From Hydrolagus colliei (lineage: Eukaryota): a stretch of DNA of 64,000 nt. Shown in pieces: positions 24,885 to 36,269 of this stretch. Where the stretch lies: assembly GCA_035084275.1 (NCBI GenBank), contig JAYJKW010000357.1, forward strand, positions 124,001 through 188,000. The letters run 5' to 3'. The notes under the pieces are model-generated. The model made no database searches. It was not told the DNA's origin and saw nothing but the letters and a program-made list of their open reading frames with translations. Numbering within the stretch: the stretch's first letter is position 1; each line of letters opens with the position of its first letter. A program made the translations under genes and the position numbers.

Positions 24885-25801
24885 CTAACCTCGCGGCCAT
24901 TCTGATCCTGTCTCGGGGGAGGTGCGGTCTCTCCAAATGTGTCTCTCACTATATGCTGGCAATGTCAGTGGCTGATCTGATGGTGGTAATTTTTACGGTG
25001 ATTTTCTCTCGAATTATTCGTCAATACTTCCCAGATTCATTCGTGAACATCACTCATGTTTGCCGGTTGCTAGAGGTATTGATTACCGCAGCACCGGCAG
25101 TCTCTGTATGCCTAACAGTGGCTTTCACCTTTGATCGATATGTCGCCATCTGCTGCCAACAACTGAAAACTAAATATTGCACCGAAAAAACAGCTGCTGC
25201 AGTGATAGCGGGACTGAGTGTATTCTTCATTGGGGAGAGCATTCCCTGGTATTTTTACCTTGAACCAGAGGTCATACTTAACAGTATACCGTGGGGATGT
25301 ATTGTTAAACAAAGCTATTACTCGTTAATCGTATGGACAGTGTATGACCTCCTCGACACAATTTTAATCCCGATTCTCCCATTCGTTGTCATTTTGCTGC
25401 TCAACGCCCTGACTGTCAGGTACATCCTGGTGGCCAGTCTAGCCCGCAGGAGATTGCGGGGACACGGTGATGGGTACAGGAATGCAGGTGAGAGAGACAG
25501 TGATCCAGAGATGAAAAGCCGACGAAAAGCCATTATTTTACTTTTTGCGATATCAGGCAATTTTTTAGTGTTATGGACGATATATGTTTTAAATTTCGTA
25601 TACTGGAGATTTTCACCGTCAACTGGCACCCCAGCCGACAATGTTATGTCGTCTATTGTTCATCCAACTGGCTATATGCTGCAGCTTTTAAGCTCCTGTA
25701 CAAACACGTGCATTTACGCTGTTACCCAGACTCAATTCAGAGAGGAGATTAAGAGAGCGGTGGTATTTCCTTTTATACTAATTGTTAAATTATTTCATTA
25801 G
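24885..25801 (+). CDS. GPR139-like class A GPCR gene 1, exon 2 (rest of TM1 to the C-terminus)
   Basis: Polypyrimidine tract plus tgtag acceptor. 7TM pattern with MSVADL (TM2), FTFDRY (TM3), ECL2 Cys and TNTCIY in TM7; AATAAA at 25885. Confidence 0.9.
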
Positions 25802-27431
25802 CAATATCGAAAGGCTATTTGAAAGACAGCGAACAGCTCCAGCTTCACTGTTCGTTCATATTTCCAGATCAGCAATATATACGGAATAAAGCTCCCTCAA
25901 CAATAACAAGAAATGTTGTGTGTTTAGCGCCTATTACTTAGGAAGGGTAGCTGATTGGCTGGTTGTTGAGATACAAGATAAAGCTCCCGCTACACTGCCA
26001 ATCAGAAAATCTGTGTGCAGTTAACTATAATAGAGAGGAAAATTACATCAATTGTTTATTGTCTTCAACCCAGTCTTCATGTCTTTACTCAAACGCTCTG
26101 GCGTTCCTAAAGCAAATCACATCTGTTATATTTTAGTTTCATTCAAACCGTATCTGTCATACAATGTACAATGCAAACAATACCAATCTGATATATATCT
26201 AGAAACATTGGGAACCTAGACCTTGTGCACGTGCTTGCCTGATTTCAAACTACTGGCTCTGAGTGAATGCTGAAAACACAGATAGAGTACCGTCAATATA
26301 AGGTAAATGTCAGTCAGTGTAATCATGATCACAGACCAAAGAACCAGATAACTAACATACATCTGCAAACATAACTGATGAAATTGGCAACAGAAAAAAT
26401 GGTGAACATTACTCAAAATCATTGTCGCAGTGAAATATTTGTGATTGGTAAAGCTGATGGTGATCTACGGATAAGTAACCCCTAAATGTCTAACAGTGTT
26501 TCAAACTATTCTCCCAAATCTGCTGTCAGTAAACTTTTCGCCTAGTTGTTCCAAATAAAGGTTTTGGTTTCCATCACGTTCGGCAGACTTCTCAATTTAA
26601 AGGCTGAAATATGAACTGTTGATGCAAATGAATTCTGCTCTAGGTTTCGAGGTTTGAACGATTAATAAAAACATAAATAAAATATCTTTACCAATATCAT
26701 GAAGGTAATGATTTTTGTATTTTAATTTACGCTTTCCTGAACCTGAATGCCTTATCTCCATTAAGTTTCTTCACGAAATGAGTTTTGAATCAAACACGAG
26801 ATTATTGTATTGTAATCTCACTACAAACAGTGGCAGAATATAAAATCACGGCAAGATAGTTATCGATCCAAACAACGATTCTCAATGTATTTTCTGGACC
26901 ATCACGTTAAGAACTCCACACCACAGCTGATATCCTGGACTCGCACACATACGTTGAAAATTGTCTACGAGTGAACTGTGCACTATAAATTCCGAGCAAT
27001 ACTTTTCATTGTGTTTGATTGATTTGAATTTATAAAGGGCCATTTCTTGTTCTCAACCGGCCTCTAAAACTGCCTCAAATTTCTTCCGTTGTGGAGACTC
27101 TATTTTGGTAAAGGCTGCACTCAGATGCCCACAGTGACATCCTGTAAACAGCCATCAGACACACTGATAACTCAACAAAGAATTACTGGCAAGGACACAG
27201 GCAGAAACTCGCTTCTCTTCTCAAATTATTTTGTGGGATTTCCAATGGGATTCCAACAAGTCCACTGCTACCGCTGCTATGATTTTTCATCAAGTGATTC
27301 AATATATCAGTGAAGGTTGACCTTGTTGAGGAAGTGCGTTGTCTAAAAGAGGCTGAAGAAAATTGACACTGTGTGTATTTGAATTCGGTCCATGGCAAGG
27401 TAACTGCGCTAATCAGACAAGATCCAACGAT

Positions 27432-27660
27432 CATAGACTCATAGAATTATAGAATATTACGGTACAAAAGGAGGCCATTTGGACCATCGAGTCTGTGCCG
27501 GCTCTTTAAAGAGAGCAATTTAATCCAATTACCCAGCTTTCTCTCTCCACGTAACCTCCAAAACCCGTCCTCTCCAATTAAAGGTCTAACATTAATTTTC
27601 AAAGTTGTTATCGAATCGACCTCTATCACCATTTCAGCCAATGCATTCCCGTGGCTTTCA
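27432..27660 (-). mobile_element. CR1 LINE 3' fragment
   Basis: Reverse complement of the CR1 end (NALAEMVIEVDSITTLK plus 3' UTR); absent from the paralogous flank near 49910. Confidence 0.75.
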
Positions 27661-27740
27661 TTCACTGCTTTCCCACATTATCAGAGTACGCAAATATTAT
27701 AATTTTAAAAATAGTCTTCCCCATGGAAACTGCAACAACA

Positions 27741-27822
27741 GCTGCGATGGCGGAGTAGATAAGGTGTTGGACTTGAAATCCAATGGAGTTTTCCCGCGCA
27801 GGTTCGATCCCTGCTCGCAGCG
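27741..27822 (+). tRNA. tRNA-Ser(TGA), D-arm mutated, possibly a pseudogene
   Basis: GCTGCGA/TCGCAGC acceptor stem, TTGGA-CTTGAAA-TCCAA anticodon arm, long variable arm, GGTTCGATCC and a T5 terminator. D-loop GG changed to AG. Confidence 0.8.
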
Positions 27823-28089
27823 TTTTTGAAATGGAATCTGTTACAGCCACACAATTGGAGACGTGGTCGATGTGAAAACCAACTTTGTGTTATTTCTTCA
27901 TTGATGCGTCTGATTTGACCTGTTTCCCTATTGCAATTATAGGAATCTCAAGGTGAACTCATAAATAGTTTGAGCTGATCGTCACTAGAAGGAATGGTAA
28001 CACATTGCAGCATCAAACAACACTATTAACATGCGCCAATTGCCATGTATCCCAACAGAATATGAATCGTTGCAATTGATATAGAATCT

Positions 28090-28395
28090 TGGAGTCCTGT
28101 ATCTCAGCGGTTAGAGCACTCGCCTTACAATCGTGAGACCAGTGTTTCGAATCCAGGCAGATCACGGCTAAACTTTGGGCAAGTTACCTAACTCCACACA
28201 CACGCCTAATAATAATCCTTCCAAAACAAAACCACAATAACAAAATTGGTCATTTCAATACATGTGTTTGTGGGGACACTACTGTGAGTGATTGGCGGCT
28301 GCGCTTCGCTCACGAATATACAGTGGATTCATTTTACAGTTTATTTTGTGAAGCTTTGTGACGCCTAGAAAATGTGAAAAGCCCTACATCAACAA
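28090..28395 (+). mobile_element. tRNA-derived SINE
   Basis: ggagtcctgtatctcagcggttagagcact head, tttcgaatcc B box, conserved core. Confidence 0.8.
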
Positions 28396-28404
28396 TATCA
28401 CTTC

Positions 28405-28810
28405 ATAAGAATACAAGAAATAGAAGCAGGAGTTGGCCATTCGGCCCTTCGAACCTGTCACGCCATGTAATAAGATCATGGCTGATCTTCTGTCCTAACG
28501 CTAATTACCGGCCCGATCCACATATCACCTATTTTTTTTTTTTTTAAATCTTTCATTCTCAGCCTTGAAAATGTTCAGACTTCTGGATCTATGGAATTCT
28601 GGGTTAGTGATTTCCATAAATTCCATCAATTCAGTACCCGCTGAGTGAAGAAATGTTTCCTCAACTCTGTTTTTAAAGGCTGACCCTCAATTTTAAGCCT
28701 GAACGCTGTTTATAAATTTGCCTACCAGGGCAAACAGTACCTCATTGTCTACTTTATCAGCACTTGAAGAATCTTATATGTTGCAACAAGATCTCCCCTA
28801 ATTCTTCTGA
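28405..28810 (-). mobile_element. CR1-type LINE 3' fragment
   Basis: cataagaatacaagaaatagaagcaggagttggccattcggccc tail plus a decayed ORF2 end. Confidence 0.65.
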
Positions 28811-28824
28811 ACAAAACATTACCA

Positions 28825-29865
28825 TCCCCACACACAAACCTATCAACTACACACACAAACATACCCTCCCACATACAAAACTACCCCCCAACACACACAT
28901 ACAAACCTAGCCCCCACACCCCATACATACAAACCTACTCCCCACCCCCAACACGCAAAACTCCAGCCACCCACACATAAACACACAAAAGTAAACATCA
29001 CAAACACGCAAACCTACCGCTCCCACACACACAAATATAACCCCATCCACCCAGAAACAAACCTACACTCCAACACAAACCTAACCACCCACACACCATA
29101 CAAACCTACACCACCACACACAAAAAACAACGCAGGCACACACAGAAACCTACCACCCCGCCCTCCGCACACACACAAATCCACGTTCTCGGCCTCCACA
29201 CACTACAACAACAACAACAACAATTTACATTTATAGAGCGCCTTTCACGTCGGGAGGACGTCCTATAAGCCACACACACAAACATACCTCTACACATACA
29301 CACACAAACCTACCCTCCCATATACACAAATCTAATCCGCACACACAAAAACCTACCACCCGTCCCCCTCCCACGCAGACAAACAGGGCTACATATACAA
29401 ACCTACACACTCCCACACTCAAACCTACCCGTCACAAACACACGAACCTACAAGCTCAACAACTAAAAACTACCCCACCACACACAAATGGCGATACACC
29501 CACAGACAAACCTAACCCCTCCCACACGCAAACTTAACCACCCCCCCCCAAAAAAAACCCCAGCTACACAAACACAAACCTAAACCCACAAACACACAAA
29601 TCTACCCCTCCCACACACAAAGCTACCACCGTCACCCCCCACCCCCCACACACATATACAAACCCACCCCATCTCAGACGCAAACCTACCCCCTCCCAGC
29701 ACACAAACCTACGACAACGCCCGCCGTACCCACACAAACCTAACCCCTCCAAATGTACAAACTTAACGCCACCACCACTAATCACTCCTCCTCCACCCGC
29801 TCCCCACCAAAGCCACCCCCCACCCCGCAACCCCACAACCACACAATCCATCCTACCCCCACACT
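28825..29865. repeat. ~1-kb C/A-rich degenerate minisatellite (cacacaaacctacccc-like units)
   Basis: Repeated acaaaccta(c/a)ccc and (CA)n units with almost no G on the + strand; an L2 tail is inserted at ~29205-29270. Confidence 0.85.
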
Positions 29866-30044
29866 CGCATGAAGTAAAAGAACGTTTATATAATCCAGAT
29901 TAATGCAGAATTCAAAATGGTTTGCTCTGGTGCAATTTAATCTGTCAAAGCTAGAGAGCAGTGTTTGATTCCCGGCAATGCGACAAATTATGAAAGTTCT
30001 CTTACTCCTCACACGTGCCTCTGTTTACCTGAAGAACTAATATT

Positions 30045-30360
30045 ATTAATAATAAATGTATTTGATATAGCACTGTTCACAAGTGATCGACGTCTCAAAG
30101 CGCTTCACAGAAGATACTGTAAAGTAAATTGACTGTATATCTGTGGGAAAGCAAAGAGCGACAGTCAGTCTCGCACAGCAGTGGCCCACGCACAGCCGTG
30201 AGTTGAAATGACGATATTGTGTATTGTTTTGTCTAGTTGTTGGACGGATTATTATCAGACTTGAACGTGTGAAGTAAGGAAAGTTGACCAAGGTTTCGAA
30301 CTCACCTGCCTGGATGCGAACACAGATCGCATGCTTCGCAGAGGAGTGCTATAATCAATG
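30045..30360 (-). mobile_element. tRNA-derived SINE
   Basis: Same core as 955-1267. Confidence 0.75.
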
Positions 30361-30387
30361 ATAAATATTGCTAACCACCAATCCATT

Positions 30388-30795
30388 GATAGAGCGCCTT
30401 TCACGTCGGGAGGAAGTCACAAGGCGCTGAACAGTGAAATCGGGAGCCGAACAGGGGCTGGTGGGGTTTGCGGAATGTAGGGGGTCTGTGTAGTGGTAGG
30501 GGAAGCGGAGTAGGAGAATGGGGGAAAGTTAGGAAGGGAGCAGAGACACGGTCGAGGAGGAAGGACTTGAGACCGGCCTTGAAGGAAGAAAGGGAGGAAG
30601 CGAGGCGAAGGGATTGCAGGATGGATATCCAAAGTGTGGGGGCAGAGAGACTGAAAGCCCGGCCAGCGAAGGTAGGTCGGTTTGGGATGGGACACTGGAG
30701 CAGCCCACAGCCGCTGAACAGAGGAGATGGGAAGGCTGACAGGGAGACAGCAGGTCGGAGAGATAGGCCGAGGCAAGGCCCTGCTTTGACGTGAT
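30388..30795 (-). mobile_element. L2 LINE 3' end
   Basis: RPTFAGRAFSLSAPTLWISILQSLRLASSLSSFKAGLKSFLLDR and a gacgtgaaaggcgctctat tail. Confidence 0.8.
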
Positions 30796-30869
30796 AGAAT
30801 ACCAAAGATAGATTGTTTTACCAAGTAATAGAAGAATATAGATGTTTCTGTTTTGTGCAAAAGGCATGG

Positions 30870-31300
30870 TGGCATTCGTTACACTGGCAATAGAATATAG
30901 GATTTGGGAAGTCTTGCTGGAACTGTAAATGGCTTTCCTAAGACCGCACCAAGTGTATTGTATGCAGGTTTGTCCTCCTTATTTAAGAAATGAAATACTC
31001 GCCTTGGAGGAGTGCACCACAATGTTGGTTCTTGGAATGAAGGGGAACAGGTATGATGATAATATAAGAAATCTAGGCCTACATTCTCTAGAAATCGAAG
31101 AATTAGATGTGATCTTATCTTAGCCTATAAGATTATTAAGGGGTAAGACAGAGTAGACAGTGGCAAAACTTTTCCACGGGTTGGAAAGACTCTAAACAGA
31201 GGACATCATAGTCTTCAAATTAGGGGTCAGCCCTTTTGCATTGAGTTGCCAAAATACTTCTTCCCTCAGAGAGTAGTAAATTTATGGAATTCTCTATTTC
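30870..31300 (+). mobile_element. CR1 ORF2 3' fragment, decayed
   Basis: LRPHQVYCMQVCPPYLRNEILALE...LGLHSLE aligns to [24 protein letters not shown] in the 36-38 kb CR1. Confidence 0.7.
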
Positions 31301-31724
31301 TATTAATAGTAATAATACTTAAAATCGATCAAGTCAAAATTCCACATGTAATGCAAGGCTTCAATGTATGAGCTCCATACAGGTGTAATTTCATTACTGT
31401 TATACGTTTGTACATTACCAAGTAAATTAAACTGTGAACTAAGTAAATAAATAACTAATTCCCCAGTGTGTTGTTTGTCAGTGTATGAAAGAGGTATAAT
31501 TATAGCTCGATGTGCAGAGGCGTATTTATTGGCGGGGCAGGCTCCAGTGGCCGATTGGCTTACTCCAGCTCCAGATTCTTATGTTCCTATATATTTACTC
31601 AGTAAATCCATGCCTAGCGGCAGCACATCACAGCCCAGTCTGTGAAGCGCTTCGAGACGTGTCGATGACGTTATCAAACACAATAAGTATGCAAGGATTA
31701 TTCATATTATTAAAATTAGTTGCC

Positions 31725-32090
31725 TCGCCCCGTCCCCCCCATCCGCCATCCCAAGCCTCTTCCAAATCTCGCCTCAAGACTCTCGCCTTCGATGTCCCCA
31801 TCGGCAATTCTGAATCCCCACCTTTTCTCTACTTTCTGCACAAACAAATAGACAGAACAAGCCGCCCGGGCTTTAGTTTTTGCCTGACAACTCCCTGACT
31901 TCTGATTGTGGTTGACTATGGAGCGGGGAGGGCGCACAACGTGTCCCATTTCCAGTTCCCAACTACAGACCATTCTCTTCGACCGCGCCTTTGGACACCT
32001 TTCTACCCCTGCCCCAGGTTCAGTCCCGGGTTTTTTTGTTGTGAAGATCTGTGGAGGGCCTTCCGCCGTGGAGGGCGCTATATAAATTAA
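31725..32090 (+). mobile_element. L2 3' fragment
   Basis: KSRLKTLAFD and a gagggcgctatataaattaaag tail. Confidence 0.55.
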
Positions 32091-33116
32091 AGTGTGCTCT
32101 GCCTGACTAGGGAATGGATACAGCATCAAACAAGCCACTCATGGCAATCATTTCTTAGGGTATAAGCAAAATATCAATTTATGCATAGGTATAATGTATA
32201 TTAACGCCCATGTCAAACAGTCAGTACCATGAATAGCAAGAAATAAAACACAATCTTTCAGAGCAATATTTACACACCTCGGGGTTCTGCTCCACCTTTG
32301 CCTTGCACAGTTGAAAGGTAAGTCTTGTGTTATCTCCTCTCTATCTTGCTCCTCTTCATGGGGAGTTTGGGCAGGTTAACAACACACAGGATGGACACAG
32401 ATTCATTGGGATGTATCCTTGAAACCCAGTGAGGAAATACTGTCTGTGACCTGCTAACTACTTATCCATCTGTGTATGTGAACCCACAGCTCTCCCTGGT
32501 CTTGATCAACTTTTACAATTGTACAATTTATTATATATTGCCTCTCCTCATTCTATCTCCACAAATACATCACCTCACACTTCGCCACACTGAACATCAC
32601 CTGCCTTCTGTGCGTGTGTACGTGTGTGTGTCTTCCTTTGACATTCTTTTGACTGCTTATGTGTTTGTTTTTGAGGTGGTCTGATATTTATCTGCTTCTC
32701 TTTGGAAAACCCATTATCAATTCCGCATCAGCCACTGCTTCCAGCGGGACATTCCAGATCATATCTGCTTTCTGTGTGAACAAAAAAACGTCTCCTGATC
32801 TCTACCAATCTTCTCCCTATACATATATATTTCACTGGTTACCTCTGACAGGTGTTGGTTTCCCTGAGTACAGTCCTAGCTGTACACTGAACAACGATAT
32901 TGTGCTCAGTTGGTAGCTCTCTGGACTCTCAGTCACATATTTATGTTTCTAAGCCGCACAAGCCATGCGAAAATCATGAAGAAATCCAAGAGCTTCAGTG
33001 GGCACAAGGCAGGAAGCCCCAGTTAGAGGAAGGACGAAAAATACATAAGCTGCGAATCTGTGTCACCAACTGAACAATCTCTAACTCGCTCCATTTATTA
33101 CTGATCTCTGTTACAG

Positions 33117-34413
33117 GATGGGAGGCGTCAGTTCTACACCAGCCCCTGTGCAGAGCAGCAGCGGGAAAATCAGCCCGGCTCGTCCCACTACAGGGGCTGT
33201 GAGACAGGAAAGAGATCGTCCAACAGGTGGCGCTGCAACTGGTGATAACCATCCAAAAGGTGGCGCTACAACTGGTGATAACCAGGCAACAGGTGCAACA
33301 AGTCATGGAACCACAAGAGCTACAGAAACCAGTGAGTACAGAAAATGGTTTACAATCCAGCTGCTTCTCTTCCCGAAAGCAGCTTCTCCTCAATATAGCG
33401 ATGGGAAGGCAACACAACTTCCTGCACTCAATCCCGGCTGCAGAGGATCCTCTCAATCCCCTTAATTCTTCCCTGCACTGTAAGTACAGCATTGTTATTG
33501 TTCTCCTCTCCCACTTCCTCTCTGGTGCTTTGGTGCATTGAGGCCTCCTTCCCCACAGATTCCTCCATTATCCAATGTAGTAATGATAGTCAAGGCTACC
33601 ATTGTCCTCTTGCACCTTGTATATTGTCAGGTGATAAAAAATCTACAATCCGATGATTTCTGGAGAGTTACAGCGACTCTGAGCTGTGTAGCGTGAACTG
33701 GTTCTACCGACAGAGACTGGAGGAGGAGATGGATGATCAGATGGAGGACTTGGCATTGGCGCTGGCGAAAAAACTGAAAGGCAGCGAGTATGCAGGCAGT
33801 TAAAATGAACTTGTGTTCTTGGTGATAGTTCAGACTGTACAGCCCACGCTCACTAATACGTTAATCATTGAAAATGATTCCAAACCCACATTCGGGTGGC
33901 CTCAGATATTTAACCAGGAACCCTAACATGATAGAAACATCAATGCTAAATTTATATTCGGCTAGCTTTGCTGGTAATCTATACAATTAATACGTAAGAG
34001 ATCTCTATGTTATCATTGGTGTTTCTTTGATGTGGCGAATGGCAATATCAAATGGGAGGAATGTTATTGGTATAACTGGTATTGGGATTACTGAGGTAGC
34101 CATGTAATTATGGGGAGGTTAATTAAGGCTGACAAATTGGGCACATTGACAGGGTTCTGACCCCAAAACCAGACAATTGAAACAACTCGCTCTTCCCACA
34201 GCAACGTTGGTGCAACTTAACAGTTTAATTTCTGATTAAAGCACATCAAACAGCTGTTGACTAGGAACCAGACACAGGAAGCATCGAGATACCTTCTGAG
34301 TTTAGTGACTGCAGCCAGCTCCCAGGTGCAGAGAGCCATATGGGATGCTGTTGAGATAACGCAGTGCAATAACGCACAGCTGAAGAGAATCCTGGGAGAG
34401 ATCCAGGAAATGT
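33117..34413 (+). pseudogene. NLR (NACHT-LRR)-type gene N-terminal exons, pseudogenised: exons ~33117-33331, 33631-~33795 and 34242-34413
   Basis: Splice signals ttacag|G-ATG, GTGAGT, tgtcag, ttaaag and GTATGT. Peptides NWFYRQRLEEEMDDQMEDLALAL and QEASRYLLSLVTAASSQVQRAIWDAV...QLKRILGEIQEM resemble the N-terminal death-fold-like domain of shark NLRP3-like proteins as I recall it. In-frame TGA at 33654; no NACHT exon found. Confidence 0.6.
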
Positions 34414-34729
34414 GTATGTCACAGCATCAATGGGGGAAGCTTTTCAAGATGGTGAGGGAAAGGGGGGCGTCCAGCTTTTAGACATTTGTATACAAACTGC
34501 TCGATATACTGTCACTCAGACTAGTTGCTATGGTTTGTCGGGAGCAAGTAGGGAGCTAATCACTAGGATATAACTCGAGTTTGGGCCAGGCCAGGTCACC
34601 ATAATTCAGACCTCAACTAGTATTTGGATTAAAGGCTGGTAAACAACAAGTATAAGAGCACATGAACATATATCCTATTGTTAGTTTATCTACTGGCTCC
34701 TGAGAATCCTTTAGCAGTACCTCCCTCTT

Positions 34730-35910
34730 GCTGTTTGCTCCTCCTCTCGAAGCCAGTCAGGTATCTGGGCGTCTTTGTCAACAACGAACTGTCTATCCTC
34801 CCCGCAAATCCGCTCCAAGACTGGTTTCACCGCCTTCCTTCCACCACCCCCGCAACATTGTCAGACTCCACCACTACCTCACGCCCCTCCCCTCCATGCT
34901 GCTGAGACACTTGTCCATGCATTTATCATATAATACTACTACTACTAATAAAAATAATCCTTGCATTTGATATAGCGCTTTCCACATCTTATCAACGTCC
35001 CAAAGCGCTTCACAGAATATACTGTAAAGTGAATTGACTGTATATATTTGTGAGCGAATCGCGGCAGCCAATTGCGCACAGCAGTGTCCCACACACAGTC
35101 GTGGATTGAAATGACCAATTTTATTGTTGTGTTTTTGTTTTTGGAGGGATTATTATTAGGCGTGTGGAGTAAGGAAACTTGCCCAAGGGTTCGCCCTGAC
35201 CTGCCTGGATTCGAACACAGGTCTCCCCAGCTTAGTTTCCCCAGCTTGCAAGACAAGTGCTTTAACCACTGAGCCACAAGATAACCATTATCTTGGCTGA
35301 ACCACAGAAACTCTCTCCTCATCGGCCTCCCCAGCTCCTCCCTTCACAGGCTGGAGAACATTCAGAATTCTGCAGCTCGTGTTATCTCCCGTAGCAGGCT
35401 TCGCGACCACATCAATCCCATCTTCGCTCGTCTCCACTGGCTCCCCGTCACCCAGCGGATCCAATTCAAAATCATTGTCCTCACTTTCAAGTCCAATCAC
35501 GGCCTTGCCCCCGCCTATCTCTCTGACCTACTGTCTCCCTTTCAGCCGCCCGTCCCCTCCGCTCAGGAGACTCAGGCCTGCTCCACGTCCACCGCCCTAA
35601 CCCCCCAACCATCGGCGGCCGGGCTTTGAGCTTCTCTGCTCCCACACTGTGGAACTCCATCTCGCAATCCCTTCGCCTTGATTCTCCCTTTCCTCCTCCA
35701 AGGCCGGTATTAAGACGTTCCGCTTCAACCGCGCTTTCTGCTCCCCTCCTACATCTCCAACCTTTCCTACTCTCATTCCCTCTGCCGCTATCCCGACCCA
35801 TCCATCCCCTGCTTGGGTCCCGACCCAGCTGTTCAGCTCATTGGGACGTCCTCGCGACATGAAAGGTCGGGGTAGGAGCATAAAGATAAATGTAATTTTG
35901 TTGTTGTTGT
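34730..35910 (+). mobile_element. L2 LINE 3' fragment split by a SINE insertion
   Basis: VRYLGVFVNNELS before the SINE; LHWLP, GGRALSFSAPTLWNSI and a gggacgtcctcgcgacatgaaagg tail after it. Confidence 0.8.
34940..35280 (-). mobile_element. Young tRNA-derived SINE nested in L2
   Basis: cttgtggctcagtggttaaagcac head, gttcgaatcc B box, (tta/tag)n tail; closely similar to 955-1267. Confidence 0.88.
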
Positions 35911-36269
35911 TTCCCGTGCCTTCATTTCGCGAATGAACATCAACAACTTTTCTTTCCTTTTCTATTTCCTTTCCAGTTTTTTTGCATATCCCTTTCGCTA
36001 TCACTGAGCAGGTCACACACCCTTCTGGACCCACTTTCAGCTGCAGAGAATCCCCTCTATCGCTTAATTATTTTAACCTCCTTTTTTGCTGTAATATTCT
36101 ACGATTCTAGGAACTAAAGCATTCCTATTCTGCTCCTCTCCCACTTGCCCTCTGGTGCTTTGGTTTTCATTCTGGCCTCCTTCCCGACAGACTCCTCCCT
36201 TATCCAATCTAGTAAAGATCGTCAAGACTCTCACTCTCCTTAATATATTGTCAGATGAACTTTCCCAAA

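Noticed and set aside
33654-33656. In-frame TGA as selenocysteine or readthrough
   Set aside because: No SECIS seen, no Cys expected at this position, and the gene is also truncated; a nonsense mutation is simpler.
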